Shown here: positions 37,952 through 46,832 of the stretch, one piece after another
Layout: every line of letters starts with the position of its first letter
Position numbering within the stretch: the stretch's first letter is position 1
Assembly (NCBI GenBank): GCA_963709155.1
Contig: CAVPVD010000005.1
Coordinates: 152,239-216,238 of the forward strand
DNA from: Bryobacterales bacterium
GTDB taxonomy: Bacteria; Acidobacteriota; Terriglobia; Bryobacterales; Bryobacteraceae
Direction: 5' to 3'
Length of the DNA: 64,000 nucleotides
Position numbers and translations under genes: made by a program
Notes under the pieces: model-generated
Database searches by the model: none
What the model was told of the DNA's origin: nothing
What the model saw: the letters and a program-made list of their open reading frames with translations, nothing else

Positions 37952-40411
37952 TTAATCGTGGCGGAGCGCGACCGTCGGCTCCAACCGTGCCGCACGGCGG
38001 GCCGGAATATAGCAGGCAAGCAGAACTGCGGCGATCGACAACAGCGAGACCGCACCGAAGATCAGCGGATCCGTCGCCCGCACGCCGTACAACAAGTGTG
38101 AAAAGCTCGACACCACGCGCGTCAGAGCCAGCGCCGCCGCTACCCCAATCGCAATACCGGCCACCGCCAATCGAAGGCCCTGCCCCACCAGCATCTGCGT
38201 GACATCCCACCCCGTTGCCCCTAACGCCATGCGAATGCCAATCTCCGGCACACGTTGGGCCGTAGAGTAAGAGATCAGTCCATAAATTCCGATCGAAGCC
38301 ATCAACAGAGCGACTCCCGCGAATGTAACTAGCAGGAGCATGGGAAACCGCTGCCGGGCCATCGATCCCGAAACAAGGTCCTGCATCGTGCGCACATTGT
38401 AGACCGGTTGATCGCTTCCGGCTGCGTAAACCGCGCTCGTGATGGCGGGCATCATCCTCGCCGGGTCGAGCCGCGTCCTTACCACCATGCTTAATTCACG
38501 CCGGAACGTAGGAATCCAGAGGTCTGAAAGCTGATAGAAACAACCGTAGATCTGCGGGTGGTCATAGGCCTTTGCCGAGCCATCCAACCGCGATGGTTCA
38601 ACATGTCCCACCACGCCCACGATCCGGGCCTGGCCCCAATGTGGTACAGTCACCGTCTCCCCGATGGGGTCCCGATCCGGAAAGTAAGTGCGCGCCAGAA
38701 CGTTATCGATGGCAATCACTTTCTCAGACTGGGCAGTGTCGGCTAGTGAGACAAAACGGCCGCGTAGCAGAGGTATTTCCAATGTGCTGAGGTAATCCGG
38801 ACCGGTCCAATAATAGCGCGCGCGGGGTATCTCGGCCATCGAAGCCGGCTGCCGGGAACCACGCCAGAATGGGCCAGAGTTGTCTTCGTGACTGAATGGC
38901 AGGAGCGCCGCAATATCCGCCGCTTCCACGCCCGGAATTCGCCGGATCCGTTCCACCAACTGCTGGTAAGCGGCCCTCGTCCCCGACGCCGTTTCGGTGA
39001 ATGCAGACGAAAGTCCCACCTGGAAAGCGATCGCGTGGTTCGGGTTGAAGCCTGGATTCACCGCCCACAAATTGTGGATCGTCCGGAATAGCAAGCTCGC
39101 GCCCGACATCAGCACCAGGGCGAGCGCAATTTGCACCACCGCCAGAACCGCTTGCGTGCGATGGTGGCCGCCCGTCGCGCCGCGCCCTCCGGACTTGAGC
39201 CCCGCTTGTACATCGGCGTGCGAGTGCTTCAGCGCCGGAGCCAGCCCGAACAGGACTCCGGCCGCCATCGAAACAACCAGCGCGAACAGGAGCACCGGAA
39301 CATTCAATCCGATGTTCTCGATGCGCGGCAGACTGCCCGGCGCCGCGGCCAGCACCGCCCTCAACCCCAGCTTTGCAACGATCAGCCCGAGAGCGCCACC
39401 GGCCAGCGAAAGAAGCACGCTCTCGGTGACTAATTGCCGGACGATCTGGGCGCGGCTCGCTCCCAGCGCCAGCCGCACGGCAATTTCCCGCGCGCGGCCC
39501 GCGGAACGCGCCAGCGACAAATTGGCGACATTCGCGCACGCGATGAGCAAAACCAGCCCCACCGCCGCCAGCAGCAAAAGAAGAGTCGGCCCAACGTCGC
39601 CGACCAGGACTTCCTTAAGCGGATAAATCGACGTTCCCAAGCCCTTCTCTGTAGCCGGATTGAGTTGATCGATGTGCTCCTGGATCGTGTTCATCTCGGC
39701 CCGAGCCTGGCCCATCTCAATACCGGGTGCGAGGCGTGCGATAGAGGCGATGCCGTGGTTCGTCCGATCGAGCAGCAGTGGGTTTCCCCGCCCCAGCGTG
39801 GTATAGACGTCCGCCGGCGTATCTTCGAAACGAAATGCGGGTCCCAGAACCCCGACGAGGGTGTAATCGGTACCGTTCAACGTGATGGCCTTGCCCAGCG
39901 CCGCCCGATCGCCTGCAAAGCGGCGTTGCCACAGGCGATGGCTGATGACGGCCGCGGGCATCCCTCCAGTCCGGTCTTCCGCCGGAGAGAAAGTACGACC
40001 AACCGCCAATTTCACGCCCAGGGTGTCGAAGAAGCCTGAAGTCACCGCCCTGCCGTCCACATGCTCGGGTGCGCCGGGGCTTGTCAGATCGAAGCTCACC
40101 GGCTGAAACGCCGCCATCTGTTCGAACGAGCGTGCCTCGCGCTGCCAGTCGAGGAAATCGGGATAGGAGAGATACGTCGAGTACTTGAGTGCCCGGTTAT
40201 AGAGAAGTACCATCACCAGGCGATCGGGCTGGCGATAGGGCAGAGGCGCTAATACGGCGCCCTCGAGCGCGCTGAAAATGGCGGTATTTGCGCCAATTCC
40301 AAGCGCGAGCGTCAGGATCGCGGTCGCTGCGAACGCGGGACTCTTGCGCAGCGAGCGCGCGGCGTAACGCACGTCCCTAAAGAAGCGATCTGCTTGGCGG
40401 TAATGGGTCAT
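37952..40411 (-). CDS. ADOP-family duplicated permease (MacB/FtsX-like, two FtsX domains).
   Basis: The N-terminus FFRDVRYAARSLRKSPAFAATAILTLALGIGANTAIFS is the ADOP hallmark. Two 4-TM FtsX modules are each preceded by a large periplasmic domain. The start is at 40411. Confidence 0.85.
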   Translation of the reverse strand: MTHYRQADRFFRDVRYAARSLRKSPAFAATAILTLALGIGANTAIFSALEGAVLAPLPYRQPDRLVMVLLYNRALKYSTYLSYPDFLDWQREARSFEQMAAFQPVSFDLTSPGAPEHVDGRAVTSGFFDTLGVKLAVGRTFSPAEDRTGGMPAAVISHRLWQRRFAGDRAALGKAITLNGTDYTLVGVLGPAFRFEDTPADVYTTLGRGNPLLLDRTNHGIASIARLAPGIEMGQARAEMNTIQEHIDQLNPATEKGLGTSIYPLKEVLVGDVGPTLLLLLAAVGLVLLIACANVANLSLARSAGRAREIAVRLALGASRAQIVRQLVTESVLLSLAGGALGLIVAKLGLRAVLAAAPGSLPRIENIGLNVPVLLFALVVSMAAGVLFGLAPALKHSHADVQAGLKSGGRGATGGHHRTQAVLAVVQIALALVLMSGASLLFRTIHNLWAVNPGFNPNHAIAFQVGLSSAFTETASGTRAAYQQLVERIRRIPGVEAADIAALLPFSHEDNSGPFWRGSRQPASMAEIPRARYYWTGPDYLSTLEIPLLRGRFVSLADTAQSEKVIAIDNVLARTYFPDRDPIGETVTVPHWGQARIVGVVGHVEPSRLDGSAKAYDHPQIYGCFYQLSDLWIPTFRRELSMVVRTRLDPARMMPAITSAVYAAGSDQPVYNVRTMQDLVSGSMARQRFPMLLLVTFAGVALLMASIGIYGLISYSTAQRVPEIGIRMALGATGWDVTQMLVGQGLRLAVAGIAIGVAAALALTRVVSSFSHLLYGVRATDPLIFGAVSLLSIAAVLLACYIPARRAARLEPTVALRHD

Positions 40412-40505
40412 TTTCAGGCCATCCACAATCTCCCCCAAATGGACATCATGCCATCTTTGTGACACTATCAATATATTGGTTCTGGAGAAATGCTGAGGTG
40501 CGCTC

Positions 40506-40712
40506 ATGGCCGATCGTAAACAGTTTCAAAATTTTCCGGTCGTAGACCAGGAGTTGGCGCGCTTGTTGGGTGAATCCCGTAATCGCCCCGTCACAGAAGA
40601 TGAACTTCGCGAGCAAAGAGTGAGCTTTGCTTTCGGAAATGCTCCAGCTACCGCGGATCGCATCACGAAAGAAAGCGTGCGGACCGCATCGACACACATC
40701 AGAATGCTGTAG
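40506..40712 (+). CDS. Small hypothetical protein (68 aa), possible VbhA-like partner of the downstream Fic remnant.
   Basis: It has an ATG start and sits in a low-GC islet. ELREQRVSFAFGNAPATADRITKE loosely resembles the antitoxin inhibitory-helix region, but carries Gly where the [S/T]xxxE[G/N] motif needs Glu. Confidence 0.4.
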   Translation: MADRKQFQNFPVVDQELARLLGESRNRPVTEDELREQRVSFAFGNAPATADRITKESVRTASTHIRML

Positions 40713-40729
40713 GGGTACGCCTTAACAAA

Positions 40730-41180
40730 TTGCATCGCGATAGCCTGAAGAAGGGCATTGAATCGTTCGACAAGTATACGCTCTGGGCCCTCAATTACGC
40801 CGCTGTCGCGAACATATCGCAATTTGGCGGTCGCTACCGCGAAGATCCCATGTATGTGGGCAAGCACTGCCCGCCCGGAACTGGTTGATCATCCCACATG
40901 GCTTGCCGCCCATGCCCTCTGGAGGCTCAATTGGATTCACCCGTTTGTCGAGGGAAACGGGAGGACTGCAAGGGCGGCATGCTACTACCTGCTCTGCCTC
41001 AGGCACGGCCAATTGCTTCCGGGGCGTAAAACCGTGCCGGAGAGGATCAGGGAGAACCGGAGCCGCTACTATGCCGCCTTGCAAGCGGCGGATCTCGCCT
41101 GGGAGCAAGGTCATTTTGGGATTGAGCCCCTTGCGGAATATTTAAGCACCCTGCTTAAACAGCAGCTCACGGAGGAATAG
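40730..41180 (+). pseudogene. Fic/DOC-family (AMPylase-type) gene disrupted by a frameshift near 40868-40888.
   Basis: One reading frame (TTG 40730 to TGA 40888) encodes ...ANISQFGGRYREDPMYVGKHCPP, the flap/anchor region (compare the NmFic FAGQIREDNISKGG). The neighbouring reading frame continues ELVDHPTWLAAHALWRLNWIHPFVEGNGRTARAACYYLL, a perfect HxFx(D/E)GNGRxxR motif, to the stop at 41180. Confidence 0.65.
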
Positions 41181-41260
41181 CCAGCCGCGCGCAACGTGCA
41201 CCCCGCTGTGGTCCGCGTCTACGCCACGCAGATTAGCTCCGCGCCCCATCCCCGCAACGG

Positions 41261-41283
41261 TATAATGATGCGATCGACAGGAG
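41261..41283 (+). promoter_or_regulatory. Candidate -10 box and ribosome-binding site for the pyrimidine-catabolism operon.
   Basis: A perfect TATAAT lies at 41261-41266 and CAGGAG at 41278-41283, 7 nt before the ATG at 41291. I see no convincing -35. Confidence 0.35.
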
Positions 41284-41290
41284 CGTACCC

Positions 41291-42160
41291 ATGCCACGCC
41301 TAGTCCGTTGTTCCCTCATCCAAACCCACACGGACGCCTCGCCCGATCTCCCCCTCGCCGCGATCAAACAAGCCATGGTCAACAAGCACCTGGAATACAT
41401 CCGCCAGGCCGCCGATGCCGGCGCGCGCATCGTCTGCCTCCAGGAGTTGTTCAACGGTCCGTATTTCTGCGCCGAACAGCAGGTGCGCTGGTACGATTTC
41501 ACCGAGCCCGTGCCCGAAGGCCCCACCATTCGCCTGATGCAGGATGTCGCCCGCCGGCACCGCCTCGCCCTGATCGTTCCGGTCTACGAGCGCGAGCAGG
41601 AGGGCATCTACTACAACACCGCCGCCGTCATCTCCGCCGAAGGCGAGTTCCTCGGCAAGTATCGCAAGACCCACATACCGCATGTGGCGCCCGGCTTCTG
41701 GGAGAAGTTTTATTTCCGCCCCGGCAACCTGGGCTATCCCGTCTTCGACCTGGGCGTGGCGCGCATCGGCGTCTACATCTGTTATGACCGCCATTTCCCC
41801 GAAGGCGCGCGGGCCCTCGGCCTCAATGGCGCGGAGATCGTCTTCAACCCGTCCGCCACCGTCGCCGGCTTAAGCGAACATCTCTGGAAACTCGAACAGC
41901 CCGCGCATGCCGTGGCCAATGGCTACTACATCGGCGCCATCAACCGTGTCGGCGTAGAAGCGCCCTGGAATATCGGCGAATTCTACGGCTCCAGTTACTT
42001 TTGCGATCCCCGCGGGCAGATCGTGGCCCAGGCCTCCCGCGACCGCGACGAAGTCCTCACGGCCGATCTCGACCTGGACCTGATCGCCGAAGTCCGCAAG
42101 ACCTGGCAGTTCTTCCGCGACCGGCGCCCCGACATGTACGGCGCGCTGACCGTCGCCTGA
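41291..42160 (+). CDS. Beta-ureidopropionase-like carbon-nitrogen hydrolase (nitrilase superfamily).
   Basis: CLQELFNGPYFC (Glu), YRKTHIP (Lys) and VYICYDRHFPE (Cys) form the catalytic triad. It is adjacent to preT/preA. Confidence 0.8.
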   Translation: MPRLVRCSLIQTHTDASPDLPLAAIKQAMVNKHLEYIRQAADAGARIVCLQELFNGPYFCAEQQVRWYDFTEPVPEGPTIRLMQDVARRHRLALIVPVYEREQEGIYYNTAAVISAEGEFLGKYRKTHIPHVAPGFWEKFYFRPGNLGYPVFDLGVARIGVYICYDRHFPEGARALGLNGAEIVFNPSATVAGLSEHLWKLEQPAHAVANGYYIGAINRVGVEAPWNIGEFYGSSYFCDPRGQIVAQASRDRDEVLTADLDLDLIAEVRKTWQFFRDRRPDMYGALTVA

Positions 42161-42189
42161 GCCCGCGTTAAGCTAAGGGCATAACTTCC

Positions 42190-43527
42190 ATGACCACCCC
42201 CCGGGAATTCGCCGCCAGCTTTGCCGAGATCCATCCCCCGCTGGGCCCCCGCGAGGCCCTGGTGGAGGCAAACCGCTGCCTCTATTGCTTCGATGCGCCT
42301 TGCGCCAACGCCTGCCCTACCCACATCGACGTGCCCGCTTTCATCAAGAAGATCGCCAGCGGAAATCCGGGCGGCTCCGCTATCACCATCCTGAACGCGA
42401 ATATCCTCGGGCTGAGCTGCGCGCGCGTCTGTCCGGTGGACGTATTGTGCGAAGGCGCGTGCGTCATGCACCGCTACAACCAGCGCCCCATAGAGATTGG
42501 GCGCCTGCAGCGCCACGCCATGGACCGTTTTTACGACTCCGGCCGGCGCTTGGCCGTCGCCGCGCTCGACAAGCCCGGACGCGTGGCCTGCATCGGCGCC
42601 GGTCCCGCGTCGCTGGCCTGTGCGGCTGCCCTCCGCCAGCAGGGCTTCGCCGTAACTATCTTCGATAGCCGTCCGCTGGCGGGCGGGCTCAACACCTATG
42701 GCGTCGCCGAGTATAAGCTGCGCTCCTCCGACAGCCTGCGCGAGGTCGAGCTGGTGCGTTCGCTGGGCGTCGAATTCCAATTGAGCGTGGAAATCGGCGG
42801 CGAGCGCCGCATTAAGGAATTGGAAGATCAGTTCGACGTCATTTTCCTCGCGGTCGGCCTGGGCCCCGTACAGCCGCTCGATATACCCGGCGAAAACCTC
42901 CCCGGAGTCGTCAACGCGTTGCGCTTTATCGCCGAGTATAAGACCCATCGTGGCGCACCCGTGGGCCGCCGCGTGGTGGTTGTCGGCGGCGGCAATACCG
43001 CCATCGACGCCGCTACCGCGGCCCTCCGTCTGGGCGCCGAAGAGGTGCACGTGCTCTATCGCCGCAGCGAAACTGAGATGCCCGCTTTTGAGTTCGAATA
43101 CGACCTCGCCAAGCAGGAAGGCGTACGCTTCCATTGGCTCGCCCAGCCCGTGGCGATTCACGGCGCCGAGGCTGTGGAATCCATGGAATGTGTCCGCATG
43201 GAACTCGGACCGCCTGATCGCAAAGGCCGCCGCCAGCCCCAGCAGATCCCAGGTTCCAATTTCCGGCTTTCGTGCGACATGGTGATTCCTTCCATCGGCC
43301 AGTCCCGGCTACTCGACTTCCTCTCCCAATTCCGCGATATTCGCCTGACGGGTGGCTGCGTGGATGTACACCCGTCCACCGGCCAGACCACCAATCCGCG
43401 CTACTTCGCTGGCGGCGACTGCGTGAACGGTGGCCGCGAGGTGGTGGATGCCGTGGCCGAAGGCAAACGTGCCGCGGCGGCGATCGCCAACGCCTTGCCC
43501 GGTATCGTGGAGGCCCGGCGTGGCTGA
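42190..43527 (+). CDS. preT: NAD-dependent dihydropyrimidine dehydrogenase subunit PreT (GltD-like).
   Basis: N-terminal CLYCFDAPCANACPTHIDVPAFI Fe-S region, followed by two dinucleotide folds (CIGAGPASLACA, VVVVGGGNTAID). Confidence 0.85.
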   Translation: MTTPREFAASFAEIHPPLGPREALVEANRCLYCFDAPCANACPTHIDVPAFIKKIASGNPGGSAITILNANILGLSCARVCPVDVLCEGACVMHRYNQRPIEIGRLQRHAMDRFYDSGRRLAVAALDKPGRVACIGAGPASLACAAALRQQGFAVTIFDSRPLAGGLNTYGVAEYKLRSSDSLREVELVRSLGVEFQLSVEIGGERRIKELEDQFDVIFLAVGLGPVQPLDIPGENLPGVVNALRFIAEYKTHRGAPVGRRVVVVGGGNTAIDAATAALRLGAEEVHVLYRRSETEMPAFEFEYDLAKQEGVRFHWLAQPVAIHGAEAVESMECVRMELGPPDRKGRRQPQQIPGSNFRLSCDMVIPSIGQSRLLDFLSQFRDIRLTGGCVDVHPSTGQTTNPRYFAGGDCVNGGREVVDAVAEGKRAAAAIANALPGIVEARRG

Positions 43528-44845
43528 TCTGACTACCCGCTTCGCCGGTATTGCATCTCCCAATCCTTTCTGGCTCGCTTCGGGACCGCCCACCAATTGC
43601 GGCGACCAGGTGGCCCGCGCATTCGATGCCGGCTGGGGCGGTGCCGTCTGGAAAACCATTGGCGAACCCATCGTCAACGTGTCCTCGCGCTACTCGTCCG
43701 TCGATTGGAACGGCGCGCGCATAATGGGCCTCAATAACATCGAGCTCATCACCGATCGCCCGATCGAAGCCAATCTGCGCGAAATCGCCGAAGTGAAGAA
43801 GAAGTATCCGAAGCACGCCGTAATCGCCTCCCTGATGGTGGAATCCCGCCGCGAGGCATGGCACGAAATCGTGCGCCGTACCGAGGATAGCGGCGCCGAT
43901 GGCCTGGAGTTGAATTTCGGCTGTCCCCATGGCATGAGCGAGCGCGGTATGGGCAGTGCCGTCGGCCAGGTTCCCCAATACGCCATGCTGATCACGGAGT
44001 GGGTGAAGGAGGTCGCCCGCACGCCTGTGCTGGTGAAGCTCACTCCCAACGTAGCCGACATCCGCACCATCGCGCGTGCCGCCAAGACCGGCGGAGCCGA
44101 TGGCCTGTCCGCCATCAACACGCTCAATTCGATCACCGGCGTGGATCTCGATACTTTCACGCCGCGGCCCGATGTGGGCGGCAAATCCAGTCACGGTGGC
44201 TACTGCGGTCCGGCCGTGAAGCCCATTGCCCTCCACATGGTCCAGCAGCTTGCCGCCGACCCTGAATGCGGGCTGCCGGTCTCCGGCATCGGCGGCATTT
44301 CCAGTTGGCGCGAGGCCGCCGAATTCCTGCTGCTGGGCTGCCACAGCCTGCAAGTGTGTACGGCCGTCATGCACTACGGTTACCGCATCGTCGAAGATAT
44401 GATCGACGGCCTGGGTAATTGGATGGACGGAAAAGGCTTTCGCACTCTGGACGACTTCCGCGGATTGAGCCTTCCGCGCGTCACCGGCTGGAATCGCCTC
44501 GATCTGAATTATAAGATCGTGGCGCGCATCCATCCGGATCTTTGTATCGGATGCGGCTTATGCTATATCGCCTGTTGGGATGGTGCGCACCAGTGCATCC
44601 ACGTGGAGGGCGCCGCTAGCCCCGAGCAACTCCTGGCCGAGAGCCGTGCCCGGATCGCACAAACCCCCATGGTGGTCGCGCTGGATACCGCCCATACGCC
44701 CCCCGCCCGCATTCCGAAAGTCGATGAGCCAGCCTGCGTCGGCTGCAACTTGTGCTGGTTGGTCTGCCCGGTGGACGGCTGCATCACCATGGATCGGATA
44801 GACACGGGCCTGCCCCCGCAAACCTGGGAGCAGCGTGCCGGATAG
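43520..44845 (+). CDS. preA: Dihydropyrimidine dehydrogenase subunit PreA (DHOD-like TIM barrel plus 2x[4Fe-4S] ferredoxin domain).
   Basis: FAGIASPNPFWLASGPPT, LNFGCPHGM, and the C-terminal CIGCGLCYIACWD and CVGCNLCWLVCPVDGC. A GTG start at 23-nt... at 43520 overlaps preT by 8 nt. Confidence 0.85.
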   Translation: MADLTTRFAGIASPNPFWLASGPPTNCGDQVARAFDAGWGGAVWKTIGEPIVNVSSRYSSVDWNGARIMGLNNIELITDRPIEANLREIAEVKKKYPKHAVIASLMVESRREAWHEIVRRTEDSGADGLELNFGCPHGMSERGMGSAVGQVPQYAMLITEWVKEVARTPVLVKLTPNVADIRTIARAAKTGGADGLSAINTLNSITGVDLDTFTPRPDVGGKSSHGGYCGPAVKPIALHMVQQLAADPECGLPVSGIGGISSWREAAEFLLLGCHSLQVCTAVMHYGYRIVEDMIDGLGNWMDGKGFRTLDDFRGLSLPRVTGWNRLDLNYKIVARIHPDLCIGCGLCYIACWDGAHQCIHVEGAASPEQLLAESRARIAQTPMVVALDTAHTPPARIPKVDEPACVGCNLCWLVCPVDGCITMDRIDTGLPPQTWEQRAG

Positions 44846-44854
44846 GCCGCCTCC

Positions 44855-44899
44855 CCGTGGCGCACGCTTCAGCGTGCCGGCGGGACTTTCAAGTCCCGC
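44855..44899. repeat. REP-like family 1 copy (double hairpin).
   Basis: ccgtggcgcacgcttcagcgtgccggcgggactttcaagtcccgc. Hairpin 1 is GCACGC-ttca-GCGTGC and hairpin 2 is GCGGGACT-ttca-AGTCCCGC. It lies between the convergent preA and the DinB-like gene and overlaps the last codons of the latter. Confidence 0.8.
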
Positions 44900-45360
44900 A
44901 CCCAGATGATGTAATCGCAGACCGGAGGCTTTCCCCCCAGCGCGCGCAAACGCATGGCCACCTGCGCCCGGTGATGCTCGCTGTGCATCACCACCTGCAT
45001 CAGCGCATCCCGTACCGCCGGATGGAATTCCTTCATCCCCGGCCGTAAGGCGGGAAACTCGATGGCCCGCGCCAGCTCGGCTTCATCCAACCTCGCCGTG
45101 TACGCCGCGCCATCCGCGTGCGCTTCTTCGAATCGCCGCTGCAACTCGTCTACAGCGTCCGGCACGCGTCCTTCCTGTTCCCGATCGAACGGCCGGTGCT
45201 GCAGCAAAGCCAGGAAAAATCGCTCCACCACCACAATGTGATGCAGCCATTTCCGCACTTCATCATCGGCATAAGCGCCATCCTGCGTGGCCACCGCTTT
45301 TAGGATGGCCATATCGGCCCACGCCATGTGCGCGAATAAACACTGCAATAAATCGATCAT
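44869..45360 (-). CDS. DinB-family (DinB/YfiT-like four-helix bundle) protein.
   Basis: LFAHMAWADMAIL ... HHIVVVERFF ... VVMHSEHHRAQVAMRLR contains the His triad typical of DinB_2. Confidence 0.8.
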   Translation of the reverse strand: MIDLLQCLFAHMAWADMAILKAVATQDGAYADDEVRKWLHHIVVVERFFLALLQHRPFDREQEGRVPDAVDELQRRFEEAHADGAAYTARLDEAELARAIEFPALRPGMKEFHPAVRDALMQVVMHSEHHRAQVAMRLRALGGKPPVCDYIIWVRDLKVPPAR

Positions 45361-45380
45361 TCGCCTCCCTTACGGCCTGC

Positions 45381-46064
45381 TTACGGCTGAAGCGCTAGCG
45401 TGGCCGTTCCCGCCGGGCCCGCATAAACCAACTCCATTGAATGAATGCTCGTCTCCTTGCCGTGATACCGGAAGAAGATTACTCCGGCCTCGGGGAGCGC
45501 CCGGTCGCCCTCCGGCATAGCCGCCTTTTGTACGCGCTGTTCCATCGCGCGCTGCAGCGGGAATGGCATATGCACCGGCGCGGGCACGTCTCCCGCACCC
45601 GGCTGGCCGCCCGTACTGATGCCGGTCGAGCTCTTCTTCTTCTCGTCCGTTTCGGGCGGCGACCACGTCGGATCTTTCAGCGATCTGTAAACCAGTCCCA
45701 CCGGCGCGCTCGCATAAGGCGCTTTTTTCTCGTTGATCCGCAGCGTAAAGTCGTCCACCGATAGCTTCAGGTGCGCTCCCGGCGGACCGAAAAATGCCGC
45801 TTCCACGCCCACGAAATCCTCGGTCGTGTAAGTCAGCGTCCCTTGCTCCGCGGGAATCGTATGTCCCAGGAATTCGGCCGCTACCGTCACCGTGCCGGCT
45901 ACGGCATGCGCCTGGTAATCGGTGGGAGCCGCCCGGGGCGGTGTGCCCCTTCCTTCGCTGACTTGCGGTTCCTTGGCCGGCGTGTCCTGGCCTTGTGCGG
46001 CCAGGCCCAGGGCCGCCATCACGATTCCGGTTCTCCATGCACGGGTTAATCGCATTTCACTCAC
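45381..46064 (-). CDS. Hypothetical secreted protein.
   Basis: GTG at 46064 forms a GTGA overlap with the deoC stop; an ATG at 46055 is an alternative. Signal-like WRTGIVMAALGLAAQGQ. I recognise no family. Confidence 0.6.
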   Translation of the reverse strand: MSEMRLTRAWRTGIVMAALGLAAQGQDTPAKEPQVSEGRGTPPRAAPTDYQAHAVAGTVTVAAEFLGHTIPAEQGTLTYTTEDFVGVEAAFFGPPGAHLKLSVDDFTLRINEKKAPYASAPVGLVYRSLKDPTWSPPETDEKKKSSTGISTGGQPGAGDVPAPVHMPFPLQRAMEQRVQKAAMPEGDRALPEAGVIFFRYHGKETSIHSMELVYAGPAGTATLALQP

Positions 46065-46780
46065 AACCTAGCATAGTCGCGGCCGGGTTGTGGTACCCCC
46101 GCGTCCAACCGCCGCCGGCATTCGTCCAGCATCGCCGCCGTGCGCGTAGCGCCCACCCGCGTCACGCCCAGCGCGCGCACTTTCAGCAGCGCGTCCAGGT
46201 CGCGTACGCCCCCCGCCGCCTTTACCTGCACATATTCCGGCGAGTGCCGGCGCATCAGCTCCAGGTCCTCCATGGTAGCGCCGCCGGTCCCGTAACCCGT
46301 GAACGTCTTCACCCAATCCGCCCGCAGTTCCCCGCAGATTTCGCACAGCCGGATCTTCTGCGCCTCGTTCAGATAGCAATTCTCGAAGATCACCTTCACC
46401 TTCTGCCCGGCCGCGTGCGCCACTTCAATCACCGCGCCCACATCCGCCCGCACGTAGTCCCAGTCGCCGCTCAGCACCTTGCTGATGTTCACCACCAGGT
46501 CCAGTTCCTGGCAGCCGTCCGCCAGCGCCTGCCGCGCCTCCCCCGCCTTGATGGCCGTGGTGTGGCCGCCGTGCGGAAAGCCGATCGTGGTGCTCGCGTT
46601 CACCTGGCTCCCGCGCAAACGCTCCGCGCAGCGCCGCAGGTAAAACGGCATGATGCAGACGCTCGCCACATCGTAATCGAGCGCCACTTGGATGCCCCGC
46701 TCCAGATCCTCCTCCGTCAGCGTGGGATTCAGTAGAGAGTGGTCGATCATCTTCGCCATCTCCAGGTACGTGTAATTCAT
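46061..46780 (-). CDS. deoC: Deoxyribose-phosphate aldolase.
   Basis: IDHSLLNPTLTEEDL, VCIMPFYL, and VKTFTGYG containing the Schiff-base Lys region; 239 aa. Confidence 0.9.
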   Translation of the reverse strand: MNYTYLEMAKMIDHSLLNPTLTEEDLERGIQVALDYDVASVCIMPFYLRRCAERLRGSQVNASTTIGFPHGGHTTAIKAGEARQALADGCQELDLVVNISKVLSGDWDYVRADVGAVIEVAHAAGQKVKVIFENCYLNEAQKIRLCEICGELRADWVKTFTGYGTGGATMEDLELMRRHSPEYVQVKAAGGVRDLDALLKVRALGVTRVGATRTAAMLDECRRRLDAGVPQPGRDYARL

Positions 46781-46832
46781 GTCGTGCTCCAGTGTAACGC
46801 GTTATGCTGGTCGCAGTAGTAACGGAGGATAC

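Noticed and set aside
40758-41180. The 140-aa TTG-initiated ORF taken at face value as an intact small Fic protein.
   Set aside because: Its first ~35 residues (MNRSTSIRSGPSITPLSRTYRNLAVATAKIPCMWASTARP) are out-of-frame noise. The genuine Fic N-terminal region is readable in a different frame just upstream, so a frameshifted gene is the better model.
41995-44533. Minus-strand ORFs 41995-43161 and 43013-44533 opposite preT/preA.
   Set aside because: They are antisense shadows of genes with clear Fe-S and dinucleotide-binding motifs.
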